Below, piece by piece: positions 30,317 to 38,717 of a stretch of 40,245 nucleotides of DNA. Source of the stretch: Dehalococcoidia bacterium (GTDB taxonomy: Bacteria > Chloroflexota > Dehalococcoidia > UBA2979); assembly GCA_030684635.1 (NCBI GenBank), contig JAUXUW010000089.1, forward strand, positions 1 through 40,245, in the 5' to 3' direction. Position 1 is the stretch's first letter. Each line of letters begins with the position of its first letter. The notes beneath the pieces are model-generated. The model searched no databases and was not told the origin of the DNA. It was given only the letters and a program-made list of their open reading frames with translations. A program made the position numbers and the translations under genes.

Positions 30317-30835
30317 TTGGACATGGTCTCGTTGATGATCCACCTGACCGCGGCCGCGATCCTGATCGGCCCGCAGGTGTTGATGTTCTACGCCGTCATT
30401 CCGTCCACGTGGCTGATTAGCGACGAGCGGCTCCGGCGAGATGTCATCCAGGTGGTGTCGCGCCGCTTCGGGCTGCTCGCCGGCTTGTCGCTCGTGGTGT
30501 TGCTGGCGACGGGGCTCAACCAGTTCTACACGGTTACCCCGCAGTACATCCAGGACGACATGACCGCCTACCGGTACGGGCAGATCTTCATCACCAAGAT
30601 GACCCTGTTCACGCTGCTGCTGGGGCTGATCCTCGCCCACACGTTCGTCTTCAGCCGCCGCATCCGAGCACTCTCCGACGCCGTGCTGGCTGGCTCCGGC
30701 GATGCAGGGTTGCTGGAGCGGACGCGTATGAAGTCGCTCCTCTTCACGGTGCTCCTGATCATGGTCTCGATGGGCGTGCTCTGGCTGGGCGTCATGCTGG
30801 GCCACCACGAGTACTCGTATGTCTCGGTCGGATAG
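30317..30835 (+). CDS. 4-TM membrane protein (CopD/DUF4149-like)
   Basis: Four TM helices, HL in TM1, LLATG, K in TM3 then His. SD GGAGGAG before TTG. Confidence 0.72.
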   Translation: MDMVSLMIHLTAAAILIGPQVLMFYAVIPSTWLISDERLRRDVIQVVSRRFGLLAGLSLVVLLATGLNQFYTVTPQYIQDDMTAYRYGQIFITKMTLFTLLLGLILAHTFVFSRRIRALSDAVLAGSGDAGLLERTRMKSLLFTVLLIMVSMGVLWLGVMLGHHEYSYVSVG

Positions 30836-31382
30836 CGCGGGGGATCTCCCCACGCTGCCCGACCTGCTGACGCCCGGGCTCGACCTTGTTTTCGTCGGCA
30901 TCAACCCGGGGGAGCGGTCCGCGGCGCGCGGCCACTACTACGGGCACCCCGGCAACGCCTTCTGGCGCTGCCTCTCCCGCTCGCCGCTCGCCTCGCGCGA
31001 ACTGACGCCCGAGGACGACGCCGCGCTCGCGCAGGACGGCATCGGCTTCACGGACCTCGTAAAGCGCGTGATCACGGACAGCAGCCTGGTGACCGACGAG
31101 GAACTGCGCGAGGCGATCCCGGCATTCCGCGTACGCCTGGCCCCGACCACGCCGCGCGCGGTCTGTTTCACCGCCGTACGCCCGTTCGCGGCGCTCTACC
31201 CGGGCGCCTGGCGAGCGCGCGGATGGGGACGGCAGGACGTGCAGCCGCTGGAGGGCGCGCAGGTGTGGGTCATGCCCTCGCCGTCCGGCCGCGCCGCCGC
31301 CTACCACCACGACATCGACACCGTGCTGGCGGCGCTGGCCGCCGACCTCGGCCGGGCCAACGCGAGACGAGGCGCTGCGTGA
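30819..31382 (+). CDS. mug: Mismatch-specific uracil/thymine DNA glycosylase
   Basis: LPDLL.PGLDLVFVGINPG, GHYYGHPGNAFW, GFTDLVKR, VMPSPS. Confidence 0.92.
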   Translation: MSRSDSAGDLPTLPDLLTPGLDLVFVGINPGERSAARGHYYGHPGNAFWRCLSRSPLASRELTPEDDAALAQDGIGFTDLVKRVITDSSLVTDEELREAIPAFRVRLAPTTPRAVCFTAVRPFAALYPGAWRARGWGRQDVQPLEGAQVWVMPSPSGRAAAYHHDIDTVLAALAADLGRANARRGAA

Positions 31383-31912
31383 GTTTCGACGACCCGGCCG
31401 ACCAGCGCTTCCACCCGAACGACGGCTGTCCGCTGTTCAGCGAGCGGCTGGAAGAGCACCTGGTCGCGGTGCAGAAGGGGCTGGCCCCCAACCGCGGCCA
31501 GTTCTGCGGGAACTGCTACACCCCCGTCTCGCGCGACACGACGACCTGCGCCCACTGCGGGCAGGACGCCCGCACCGGACGGAAGACGGTGGACGCCGTG
31601 CCACGCGAGATCGCGGAGGCGCTGATCAAGCAGCGCAAGGTCGAGGCGAAGTGGGTGAACGGCTTCGCCTACCTCGGCCTGCTGATCGCGATGGTCGGCG
31701 GGATCGCGCTGGTGCTGGCGGTGCCGTTCTTCAAGGACCGGCTGATCTACGCGACGATCGCGTACGGCCTGATCCTGCTCATCGGCGGGCGGGTGCTCGC
31801 GGGCGTCCTCGGCGGGTACTACGGCGACCGCATCGGCTTCGAGCGCGCGCGCCGCGAGACGATCTCGACGTGGGAGCGCTGGGTCGCCACGCGCGACGCG
31901 ACGCAGACGTAG
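31379..31912 (+). CDS. Hypothetical membrane protein with zinc-ribbon (CGNC...CAHC) and two TM helices
   Basis: GTG 31379 overlaps the mug stop (GTGA); CxxC-x10-CxxC; two hydrophobic segments. Confidence 0.75.
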   Translation: MSFDDPADQRFHPNDGCPLFSERLEEHLVAVQKGLAPNRGQFCGNCYTPVSRDTTTCAHCGQDARTGRKTVDAVPREIAEALIKQRKVEAKWVNGFAYLGLLIAMVGGIALVLAVPFFKDRLIYATIAYGLILLIGGRVLAGVLGGYYGDRIGFERARRETISTWERWVATRDATQT

Positions 31913-32008
31913 GGCACACCCCCTTCCCAATCAGCCCGGTACGACCGACACTCCGCCCTTCGCCGGAGGAAATAAGGCACTCCCGGCGAAAGAGAGAGGG
32001 CTCCCATC

Positions 32009-32863
32009 ATGTCACCCCACCAGCACCGGCTTCGACGCGTCCTGTTCGGGCTCGTCGTTGCCACCACCGGCCTCGCACTCACGGTCGCCTGTGGCTCCGT
32101 GAAGAAGGTCGACCCGAACGCCGTGACGGTCACGGCGACCGACTTCGCGTTCGCCGTCGGCGGCACGTTCACCGCCGGCACAAACGAGATCACGCTCACC
32201 AACAGCGGCCAGCAGACACACCACGGCCAGATCATCCGGCTGGATGACGGCAAGACCATGGTGGACTTCGCCGCGGCGCTCGCCGCCGGCGGCGAGACGC
32301 TCCCTGAGTGGGCGCACTTCGCCGGCGGCCCCGGCGCCGTGGACCCCGGCCAGTCGACCACGCTTTCTGCTTCGATGGAGGCGGGTTCGTACGTGCTCCT
32401 CTGCTTCATCCCGGACATCGCGGACGGCGTACCGCATGTGGCAAAGGGGATGGCAGCCCCGTTCACCGTGGCCGCGGAGCCGGTGAACAAGGCGGAGGCT
32501 CCGGCCTCTAACGTGAAGATCAGCGGCGGTGACTACCTCTTCGAGGCTCCGGCGCAGACCAAGGCCGGCAAGGCCACGATCGCCTTCAAGAACGACGGCG
32601 CCGAGGCGCACGAGGTCGCGATCGTGAAGTTGAATGAGGGCGTCTCAATCCAGGACTACCTCGGCGCCATGATGGCCGAGACCCCGGCCGGCCCGCCGCC
32701 CGGCGTGTTCGTCGGTGGCGTCCAGGGCATCCCCGTCGGCGCGACGCAGACGGCCGTGCTCACGCTTGAGAAGGGCGGCTACGGCCTGCTCTGCTTCTTC
32801 GCGAACGCGGAGGGCGTCCCGCACTTCGCCCTGGGAATGGTCGGCCAGATCAACATCGAGTAA
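32009..32863 (+). CDS. Lipoprotein with two tandem cupredoxin-like domains
   Basis: LTVA-C lipobox; repeats N.GQQTH...CFIPD....PHVAKGM and N.GAEAH...CFFAN...PHFALGM each carry H/C/H/M. Confidence 0.8.
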   Translation: MSPHQHRLRRVLFGLVVATTGLALTVACGSVKKVDPNAVTVTATDFAFAVGGTFTAGTNEITLTNSGQQTHHGQIIRLDDGKTMVDFAAALAAGGETLPEWAHFAGGPGAVDPGQSTTLSASMEAGSYVLLCFIPDIADGVPHVAKGMAAPFTVAAEPVNKAEAPASNVKISGGDYLFEAPAQTKAGKATIAFKNDGAEAHEVAIVKLNEGVSIQDYLGAMMAETPAGPPPGVFVGGVQGIPVGATQTAVLTLEKGGYGLLCFFANAEGVPHFALGMVGQINIE

Positions 32864-32893
32864 CCATCGACGCGTCCGGCCGTCGACAGACGG

Positions 32894-32929
32894 ACAGGCC
32901 CCCGGCGTATGCCAGGGGCCTGTTTCGTT
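32894..32929 (+). terminator. Intrinsic terminator
   Basis: ACAGGCCCCCGGC-GTAT-GCCAGGGGCCTGT followed by TTCGTT. Confidence 0.8.
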
Positions 32930-33094
32930 CGCGAGTGGCCATAAGCGGCATATCCGGAAGCCCGGAGTGCGGTAATCGCCCGTCCACGGCAGTTGGATCA
33001 GTTCATCAGCATACTCAGATTGGATATGCCGAAAGTCTACGTTTTCTGCACTTTCATTTCACGATAGTGCTGCAAAGCAGCATATCCTGCACTC

Positions 33095-34237
33095 ATGGAG
33101 CCATCCGAGTTCAGTAACCTCGCACCTGGGGCACTCGTCCGCATCGACGGAGGCTATGCGTTCCTGCCCGAGGATCTCCCGCGCCGCATCGACATTGAAC
33201 CTGCTGCATTCATGGCGTTCGACCGAGCCCGCGGTGCCCTCGGGGAGTTCGTCGGGCACGCACGGCTGATCCCCAACGACTTTCTCGTCACCACTCCGTT
33301 GCTCACGATCGAGGCAGTCGAGAGCAATCGGATCGAAGGGACGCATACCGTCATCGCGGATGTCCTGAGACAGCATGCCGCCGGGCCTCCCACGGATCCT
33401 CAGCAGGCAGACCGCAACCTAGAGGTACTCCTGTACCGCGACGCATTGCGGCTCGGGGAAGTATGGCTCTCAAACGGCGGTCGACTGAACCAGGCACTCA
33501 TTCGAGCACTCCACGCTGAGTTGCTTCGTGAAGGGCGAGGGGCAACCGCTTCGCGCGGTCAGTATCGACGGGTCCAGGTCGCGATCGGCGGCCGCACGCC
33601 CGAGCGCGCGCGATTCGTGCCGCCCCCGTACGACCGCGTCCCACCCCTGATGGATGATCTGGAGCGTTTCCTCACGGCGGACATCGACCTGCCACCCCTG
33701 ATGATCTGTGCCCTAGCCCACTACCAGTTCGAGACCATCCATCCGTTCGAAGATGGAAACGGCCGCATCGGACGGCTGCTCATCCCTCTGTACCTCCTCG
33801 CAGCCGAGGCCATCCCAAGGCCCATTCTGTATCTCAGTGCATACCTGGAGGCGCATAGCGATGAGTACTACCAGCGGCTGAAGCGAGTCAGTACCCACGG
33901 TGATTGGACTGGTTGGGTGGTCTTCTTCCTCGAAGCTGTGGCCGCGCAGGCAACGAGCTCGCGAGACATGATCGTGAAGATCCTTGGACTCCGGGACACG
34001 TACCAGGCGCGCGTGCGAAGCGAGACGCGCTCACAGGCGGCACTCGCCGCCATCGATCTCGTGGTGTCGCAGGCGTTCGTCACGATCCCCGAAGTCCAGC
34101 GATACGCGAACTGTAAATACAACACCGCGAAGGCTGCGATCGCAGCGCTGGAGGGACTGGGCGTCCTGCGTCGAATCCCGGGAACCCGTCCAGGTACCTG
34201 GTACTCCGCGGAACTGCTCACCGAGGTCTACGGCTAG
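33095..34237 (+). CDS. Fic family protein (class II AMPylase-type, N-terminal inhibitory helix, C-terminal wHTH)
   Basis: HPFEDGNGRIGR catalytic motif, SNRIEG inhibitory (S/T)xxxE(G/N) motif, C-terminal TIPEVQRY..YNTAKAAIAALEGLGVL. Confidence 0.93.
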   Translation: MEPSEFSNLAPGALVRIDGGYAFLPEDLPRRIDIEPAAFMAFDRARGALGEFVGHARLIPNDFLVTTPLLTIEAVESNRIEGTHTVIADVLRQHAAGPPTDPQQADRNLEVLLYRDALRLGEVWLSNGGRLNQALIRALHAELLREGRGATASRGQYRRVQVAIGGRTPERARFVPPPYDRVPPLMDDLERFLTADIDLPPLMICALAHYQFETIHPFEDGNGRIGRLLIPLYLLAAEAIPRPILYLSAYLEAHSDEYYQRLKRVSTHGDWTGWVVFFLEAVAAQATSSRDMIVKILGLRDTYQARVRSETRSQAALAAIDLVVSQAFVTIPEVQRYANCKYNTAKAAIAALEGLGVLRRIPGTRPGTWYSAELLTEVYG

Positions 34238-34248
34238 GCCGATCGCCC

Positions 34249-35157
34249 CTACAGCGTCGCCACAGCGGCGCGGAGGTCGATCTGCTGGCGCGCCATCTCC
34301 GCATCGATGCGCTCGCGCGCGGCGGCCGAGGGCGGCACGAGCGGGAGCCGGCACGCACCGACGGCGAGGCCGGCGCGGTTCACGGCGTATTTCACCGGGA
34401 TCGGGTTGGACTCGACGAACAGCGCGCTCACCAGCGGCGCGAGCCGGTGGTGGACCGCCGCGGCGTCCGTGACGCGCCCTTCCAGGAACGCGTCCAGCAT
34501 CTGCCGGATCTGCGTCCCGACCAGGTGCGAGGCGACCGACACCACCCCGTAGCCGCCGAGCGCCATGACCATGGGCGTGTCGGTGTCGTTGCCGGACCAG
34601 ACCCGGAAGCCCTCCGGCGCGTGCGCGATCACCTGGCCGATCTGGCCGAAGTCCTCGCTCGACTCCTTCACGCCGATGATGTTCGGCACCTCCGCCAGCG
34701 TCAGCATGGTGGCGGCGGTCATGTTCACGGCGCTGCGGCCCGGGATGTTGTAGAGCAGGCACGGCAGCGAAGTGGCGTTGGCGATCGTCTGGAAGTGCGC
34801 GATCAGGCCGGCCTGCGGTGGCTTGTTGTAGGCGGGCGTCGTCAGCAGCACGCCGTCCAGCCCGGCCGCCTCCGCCGCCTCCGTCATGCGCACGGACTTC
34901 CTCGTGTCGTTGTTCGTGGCCCCGGCGATGACCGGGACCGAGGGCCCGACCGCGCGCTTCACCGCCGCCCACACCGACACCGTCTCCTCTTCGGAGAGCG
35001 TCGGTGCCTCGCCGGTGGAGCCGGTGGCGACGATGCCCTCCGTCCCGGAGGCGACGAGGGCGCGAGCGAGCAACTGCGCGGCGACGAGGTCCACGCTCCC
35101 GTCCGGGGACATGGGCGTGATCATCGCGGTCAGGAGACGGCCGAACTCGGCGGGCAT
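34249..35157 (-). CDS. dapA: 4-hydroxy-tetrahydrodipicolinate synthase
   Basis: TAMITP, GSTGEAPTLS, PAYNKP, LYNIPGRS, IGVKES, SNPIPVK. Confidence 0.96.
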   Translation of the reverse strand: MPAEFGRLLTAMITPMSPDGSVDLVAAQLLARALVASGTEGIVATGSTGEAPTLSEEETVSVWAAVKRAVGPSVPVIAGATNNDTRKSVRMTEAAEAAGLDGVLLTTPAYNKPPQAGLIAHFQTIANATSLPCLLYNIPGRSAVNMTAATMLTLAEVPNIIGVKESSEDFGQIGQVIAHAPEGFRVWSGNDTDTPMVMALGGYGVVSVASHLVGTQIRQMLDAFLEGRVTDAAAVHHRLAPLVSALFVESNPIPVKYAVNRAGLAVGACRLPLVPPSAAARERIDAEMARQQIDLRAAVATL

Positions 35158-35259
35158 GGGAGCGATCCTTCGGGGCGAGGCCGCGCCCGAATCAGGGTCG
35201 CGCGGCCGGGAGTGCTCGACGGCAGTGTAGGGGGCGCGTCCCGCTGGCGGGCACGTCCC

Positions 35260-36267
35260 CTAGATCTTGCCGCGCTTGAGCAACTCCTCCGCGATCTGGA
35301 TCGCGTTGGTGGCCGCACCCTTGCGCAAATTGTCCGTCAGGCACCAGAAGGTCACGCCGTGGTCCACCGTGCGGTCGGGGCGCAGCCGGCACACGTACGT
35401 GCGGTCGTCCCCCTCCACCTGCAGCGGGGTCACGTACTGCTGCGGGTCTTCGATGAGGACGATGCCCGGGTGGTTCTTCAACGCCTGGTGCAACTGGGCC
35501 ATGGGGGCCTCGCGCGTGAATTCCACGTGCACCACCTCCGCGTGCGTGATGGCCACCGGCACGCGGACGCAGGTCGCGGCGAACCGTAGGTCCTGCTCGT
35601 GCAGGATCTTGCGGGTCTCGTTCCGCATCTTCAGCTCTTCCTTGGTGTAGTCGTCCTCGTCGAAGTCATCCACCTGCGGGAGGACGTTCATCGCGATCTG
35701 GACGGGGTACACGGTCGGCGGGGGGACCGGCTCGCCACGGCCGATGGCGGCGACCTGCGCGTTCAGTTCGCGCACGGCGGCGGCACCGGTGCCGGAGACG
35801 GCCTGGTAGGTCGCGGCGGTGACGCGGTACAGCGGCGCCACCTGGCGCATTGCGTTCAGCGCCATCGCCAGCGGCGTCGTCGTGCAGTTCGGGATCGAGA
35901 TGATCCCCTGGTGCCAGTCCAGGTCGTCGCCGTTCACCTCCGGGATCACGAGGGGGACCGTCGGGTCCATCCGGAAGGCGGAGCCGTCGTCGATCATGAC
36001 CTTGCCGCGCTCACGCAGCCACGGGCCCCAGCGCTTCGAGACCTCGGAGGAGGCGGAGCAGAAGACCAGGTCGGCGTCTTCCAGCGAGGCCTCGGTCGTC
36101 TCTTCGACGGTGATCGGCTGGCCGCGGTAGTGCAGGACGGTGCCGGCGGAGCGGGAGGAGGCGAGGAGCTTGAGCTTCTTCATCGGGAACTCGCGCTCAG
36201 CGGCGACCCGGAGGAACACGTCCCCCACGGCGCCCGTCGCCCCGATGACGGCTACGGTCGGCTCCAC
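35260..36267 (-). CDS. asd: Aspartate-semialdehyde dehydrogenase
   Basis: VIGATGAVG, SAFRMD..VPLVIPEVN, PNCTT, TYQAVSGTG, CVRVPV..H, DNLRKGAATNA. SD GAGGAG before GTG 36267. Confidence 0.97.
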   Translation of the reverse strand: MEPTVAVIGATGAVGDVFLRVAAEREFPMKKLKLLASSRSAGTVLHYRGQPITVEETTEASLEDADLVFCSASSEVSKRWGPWLRERGKVMIDDGSAFRMDPTVPLVIPEVNGDDLDWHQGIISIPNCTTTPLAMALNAMRQVAPLYRVTAATYQAVSGTGAAAVRELNAQVAAIGRGEPVPPPTVYPVQIAMNVLPQVDDFDEDDYTKEELKMRNETRKILHEQDLRFAATCVRVPVAITHAEVVHVEFTREAPMAQLHQALKNHPGIVLIEDPQQYVTPLQVEGDDRTYVCRLRPDRTVDHGVTFWCLTDNLRKGAATNAIQIAEELLKRGKI

Positions 36268-36391
36268 GATCAGTCTCCTCGATGCGGTGGCGCCACCCTC
36301 GACGCCCCCCGGTGATGACGACGCCGCCCGGTCGGGCGGCGTCCATCGAGTGTACGGCGGAGGCGGGTTTAGGGGGAGGCGGGGGCAAACC

Positions 36392-36784
36392 CTACGGCTC
36401 CTCACGTCTCACGGTTCCGACGCGCTCAATAGCGCGGTCGAACGATGCGACCACGCCGACTCCCGTGCGCTCCGCGCTCGCCACGAGGTAGGCGTCTGCA
36501 AAGTCGAGCCGGTGCTGCTCGTACACCTCGACCGCCCGTTGGAGCAGGTCGGCATCAAGCACGCGGATGGCCGGGAAGGCCAGGACCGCACGCAGGGTCT
36601 CGGCGACCTGTTCGCGCGGTACCTCGTAGAACGACTCCAGGACGTAGGCGACCTCCGCGAGGATGAGGTCGGGAAGCAGTAGCTCGTCGGCCTGTGCGAG
36701 GTAGCGGGTGGCCCGGGCCGCCTGCTCGGGCGGCTCGCCGACGAGATGCCGGATCAGGATGTTCGTGTCGACGAATGCAGTCAC
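36392..36784 (-). CDS. vapC: PIN-domain toxin (VapC family)
   Basis: VDTNILI, LAEVAYVL, LDFADA, SFDR acidic PIN residues; start overlaps the antitoxin stop. Confidence 0.92.
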   Translation of the reverse strand: MTAFVDTNILIRHLVGEPPEQAARATRYLAQADELLLPDLILAEVAYVLESFYEVPREQVAETLRAVLAFPAIRVLDADLLQRAVEVYEQHRLDFADAYLVASAERTGVGVVASFDRAIERVGTVRREEP

Positions 36785-37029
36785 CGACGGGCGGCTGCTC
36801 GCGCCTGCCGGGTCTGGCGCAGGACCTCAGCCCAGGGGGTGTCACGCTTCGCCGCGGGAACGCTCACCGAGCCGGCGAGGGCCAGGAGGTCCGGTGTCCG
36901 CGCCATCACCGCCCGGTCGCCCTCCACGCGGAAGACCACGCGGTCGCCCTCATGCAGCGACAGCGCCTCGCGCACCGCCCGAGGCAGGGTGATCTGTCCC
37001 TTCGAACTGATCCTCGCCGCGATCTCCAT
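36781..37029 (-). CDS. vapB: AbrB/MazE/SpoVT-family antitoxin
   Basis: ARISSKGQITLPRAVREALSLHEGDRVVF; SD TAAGGAG before ATG 37029. Confidence 0.9.
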   Translation of the reverse strand: MEIAARISSKGQITLPRAVREALSLHEGDRVVFRVEGDRAVMARTPDLLALAGSVSVPAAKRDTPWAEVLRQTRQARAAARR

Positions 37030-37036
37030 GACAGAC

Positions 37037-37062
37037 TCCTTACATATGGATGAATGTAAGGA
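37037..37062. promoter_or_regulatory. Palindromic operator of the vapBC pair
   Basis: Perfect TCCTTACAT-N8-ATGTAAGGA between a minus-strand -10-like TAGTAT (37067-37062) and the antitoxin start, overlapping its SD. Confidence 0.75.
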
Positions 37063-37171
37063 TACTACGGGAGGCATTCGTGTGTGTGGAGCGTCGACAC
37101 AGACCGCGACCCGGCCATCCCCGAGTGGTATGGATGCGCTAGTCAACGGAAGACGTGGAGGTGAACTAACG

Positions 37172-37606
37172 ATGGACGCGGCAACCGTCTTCGCATTTGC
37201 ATTCATCGCACTGTTCTTGGTCGTCATGTATTACGCCTGGTGGCGTCCACGCGAAGCGGGTGAGCGAGAGGTGTTCTTCAGGGCGGGGTATGTGGCCGGT
37301 CGAGATCCGTCGCCAGCGCAGGCGACCTGGCGCATGGTTGAAGAGTCCTCCGGCGTGCCTGTGCCTGACGTGATTCGCTGGGCACTCGAGATGGAGTGCG
37401 CTGGTAGTTCGTTCGACCCGGCGCTCGTGATGAGTAACAACGACACACCGGCGCCCGACGCGCAAGTAATGACGAGCGAGCTAAGACTCCGTGGACTTGC
37501 GGGGATGGCCCGCGAGGTGAGCGAGATCGTGAAGCCCGGGGCGGCCGGGGACTGGGATCGCGCACGCAAATGGGTGCGGGAGCGGCAGATCGAGAAACAG
37601 CCCTAG
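37172..37606 (+). CDS. Hypothetical single-pass membrane protein (144 aa)
   Basis: SD GGAGGTG, ATG 37172, N-terminal TM (VFAFAFIALFLVVMYYAWW); fills the gap between vapB and the methyltransferase. Confidence 0.62.
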   Translation: MDAATVFAFAFIALFLVVMYYAWWRPREAGEREVFFRAGYVAGRDPSPAQATWRMVEESSGVPVPDVIRWALEMECAGSSFDPALVMSNNDTPAPDAQVMTSELRLRGLAGMAREVSEIVKPGAAGDWDRARKWVRERQIEKQP

Positions 37607-37615
37607 TCGCCCCGC

Positions 37616-38683
37616 TTACCCCTTCAGCAGGTAGAACCGGAAGAAGTCGTGCTCGATCGGGAGCACCTCGACCGAGGTGAACCCGGCGTCCGAGGCGTAC
37701 CGGCGCAGGGTCGGCTCGCGGAAGACGGTGCCGGTGGCAGCGGACGGCTGCTCGGCCATGGAGTTCACCAGGCAGAGCATGCTGCTGAAGCCGTAGAGCA
37801 GCCGTTCCACGTCCGACGCGGGCGCACCGAACTCGGGCGCGACGCGCTCGTCCATCACCAGCACCGAGCCGCCGGGGGCGAGGATGCCGCGCATCGTAGC
37901 CAGCGCCTCGACCGGGCGCGACATGTCGTGCAGCGCCTCGAACACCGTCACCAGGTCGTACTTCCGACCGATCGTCGGGTCGGAGGCGTCCGCGAGGTGG
38001 AAGTGGACGCGGTCGGCGACCCCGGCGTCCGAGGCGTTCTGGCGCGCGAGTTCGATCGAGGGCGCGTCGTAGTCGTAGCCATCGACGGTCACGCCGGGGT
38101 AGGCGCGCGCCATCGCGATGCTGGACCATCCGCCGCCGCAGGCGATGTCCGCGACCGTGGCGCCGGACGCGCGGAGGCGCGCATCGACCTCGGGCAGCGA
38201 GGGCAGCCACTCCTGCCCGAGCAGGTGGATCAAGGCCGGGCGGTTGAAGTCCGCCTGCGCGGTCAGCACGTCCTCGCCGTACTCACCCCACGTGAGACCG
38301 CCGCCGGAGCGGTACGCCTCCGCGATCCCGGGGAGTTGCCGGCCGATGCCGACGAGGTAGCGCGCGAGTGGCGCAACGTAGTTCAGGCTCTCCTGCTGCA
38401 GCAGCACCTCGGCGTGCTCCTCGGGCAGTCCGAAGCGGGGATCGCCGTCGCCCGCGTGGACCTCCAGGATGCCGGTCACGGCCTGCTGCTCCAGCCACTC
38501 GCGTGCGTAGCGCGCGTCGATGCCGGCACGGGTGGCGAAGGCGGCGGGGGTGAGCGGGCCGGTGCGGCTCAGCACGCGGTAGAGGCCAAGCCGCTCACCG
38601 AGGTAGACGGAGAAGAGATCCATCGTCGCCAGCCCGGCCTCAAACACTCGCCCGGCGAACGCGTCACGTCGCGCCTCGTCCAT
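37616..38683 (-). CDS. SAM-dependent methyltransferase with N-terminal winged helix (Rv2258c-like)
   Basis: LGERLGLY, RYAREWLEQQAV.G, ADIACGGGW, FEALHDM, LAPGG; SD GGGAGG. Confidence 0.9.
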   Translation of the reverse strand: MDEARRDAFAGRVFEAGLATMDLFSVYLGERLGLYRVLSRTGPLTPAAFATRAGIDARYAREWLEQQAVTGILEVHAGDGDPRFGLPEEHAEVLLQQESLNYVAPLARYLVGIGRQLPGIAEAYRSGGGLTWGEYGEDVLTAQADFNRPALIHLLGQEWLPSLPEVDARLRASGATVADIACGGGWSSIAMARAYPGVTVDGYDYDAPSIELARQNASDAGVADRVHFHLADASDPTIGRKYDLVTVFEALHDMSRPVEALATMRGILAPGGSVLVMDERVAPEFGAPASDVERLLYGFSSMLCLVNSMAEQPSAATGTVFREPTLRRYASDAGFTSVEVLPIEHDFFRFYLLKG

Positions 38684-38717
38684 CCCACCAACCTCCCGCT
38701 GCTGCGTGTTGCTCCTG

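Noticed and set aside
36268-36391. Lysine riboswitch upstream of asd
   Set aside because: Region too short; only a simple GACGCCGCCC/GGGCGGCGTC hairpin is present.
32930-38683. Prophage, integrative element or defence island around Fic and vapBC
   Set aside because: No integrase, transposase, att repeats or phage genes, and core asd-dapA lies between the two modules.
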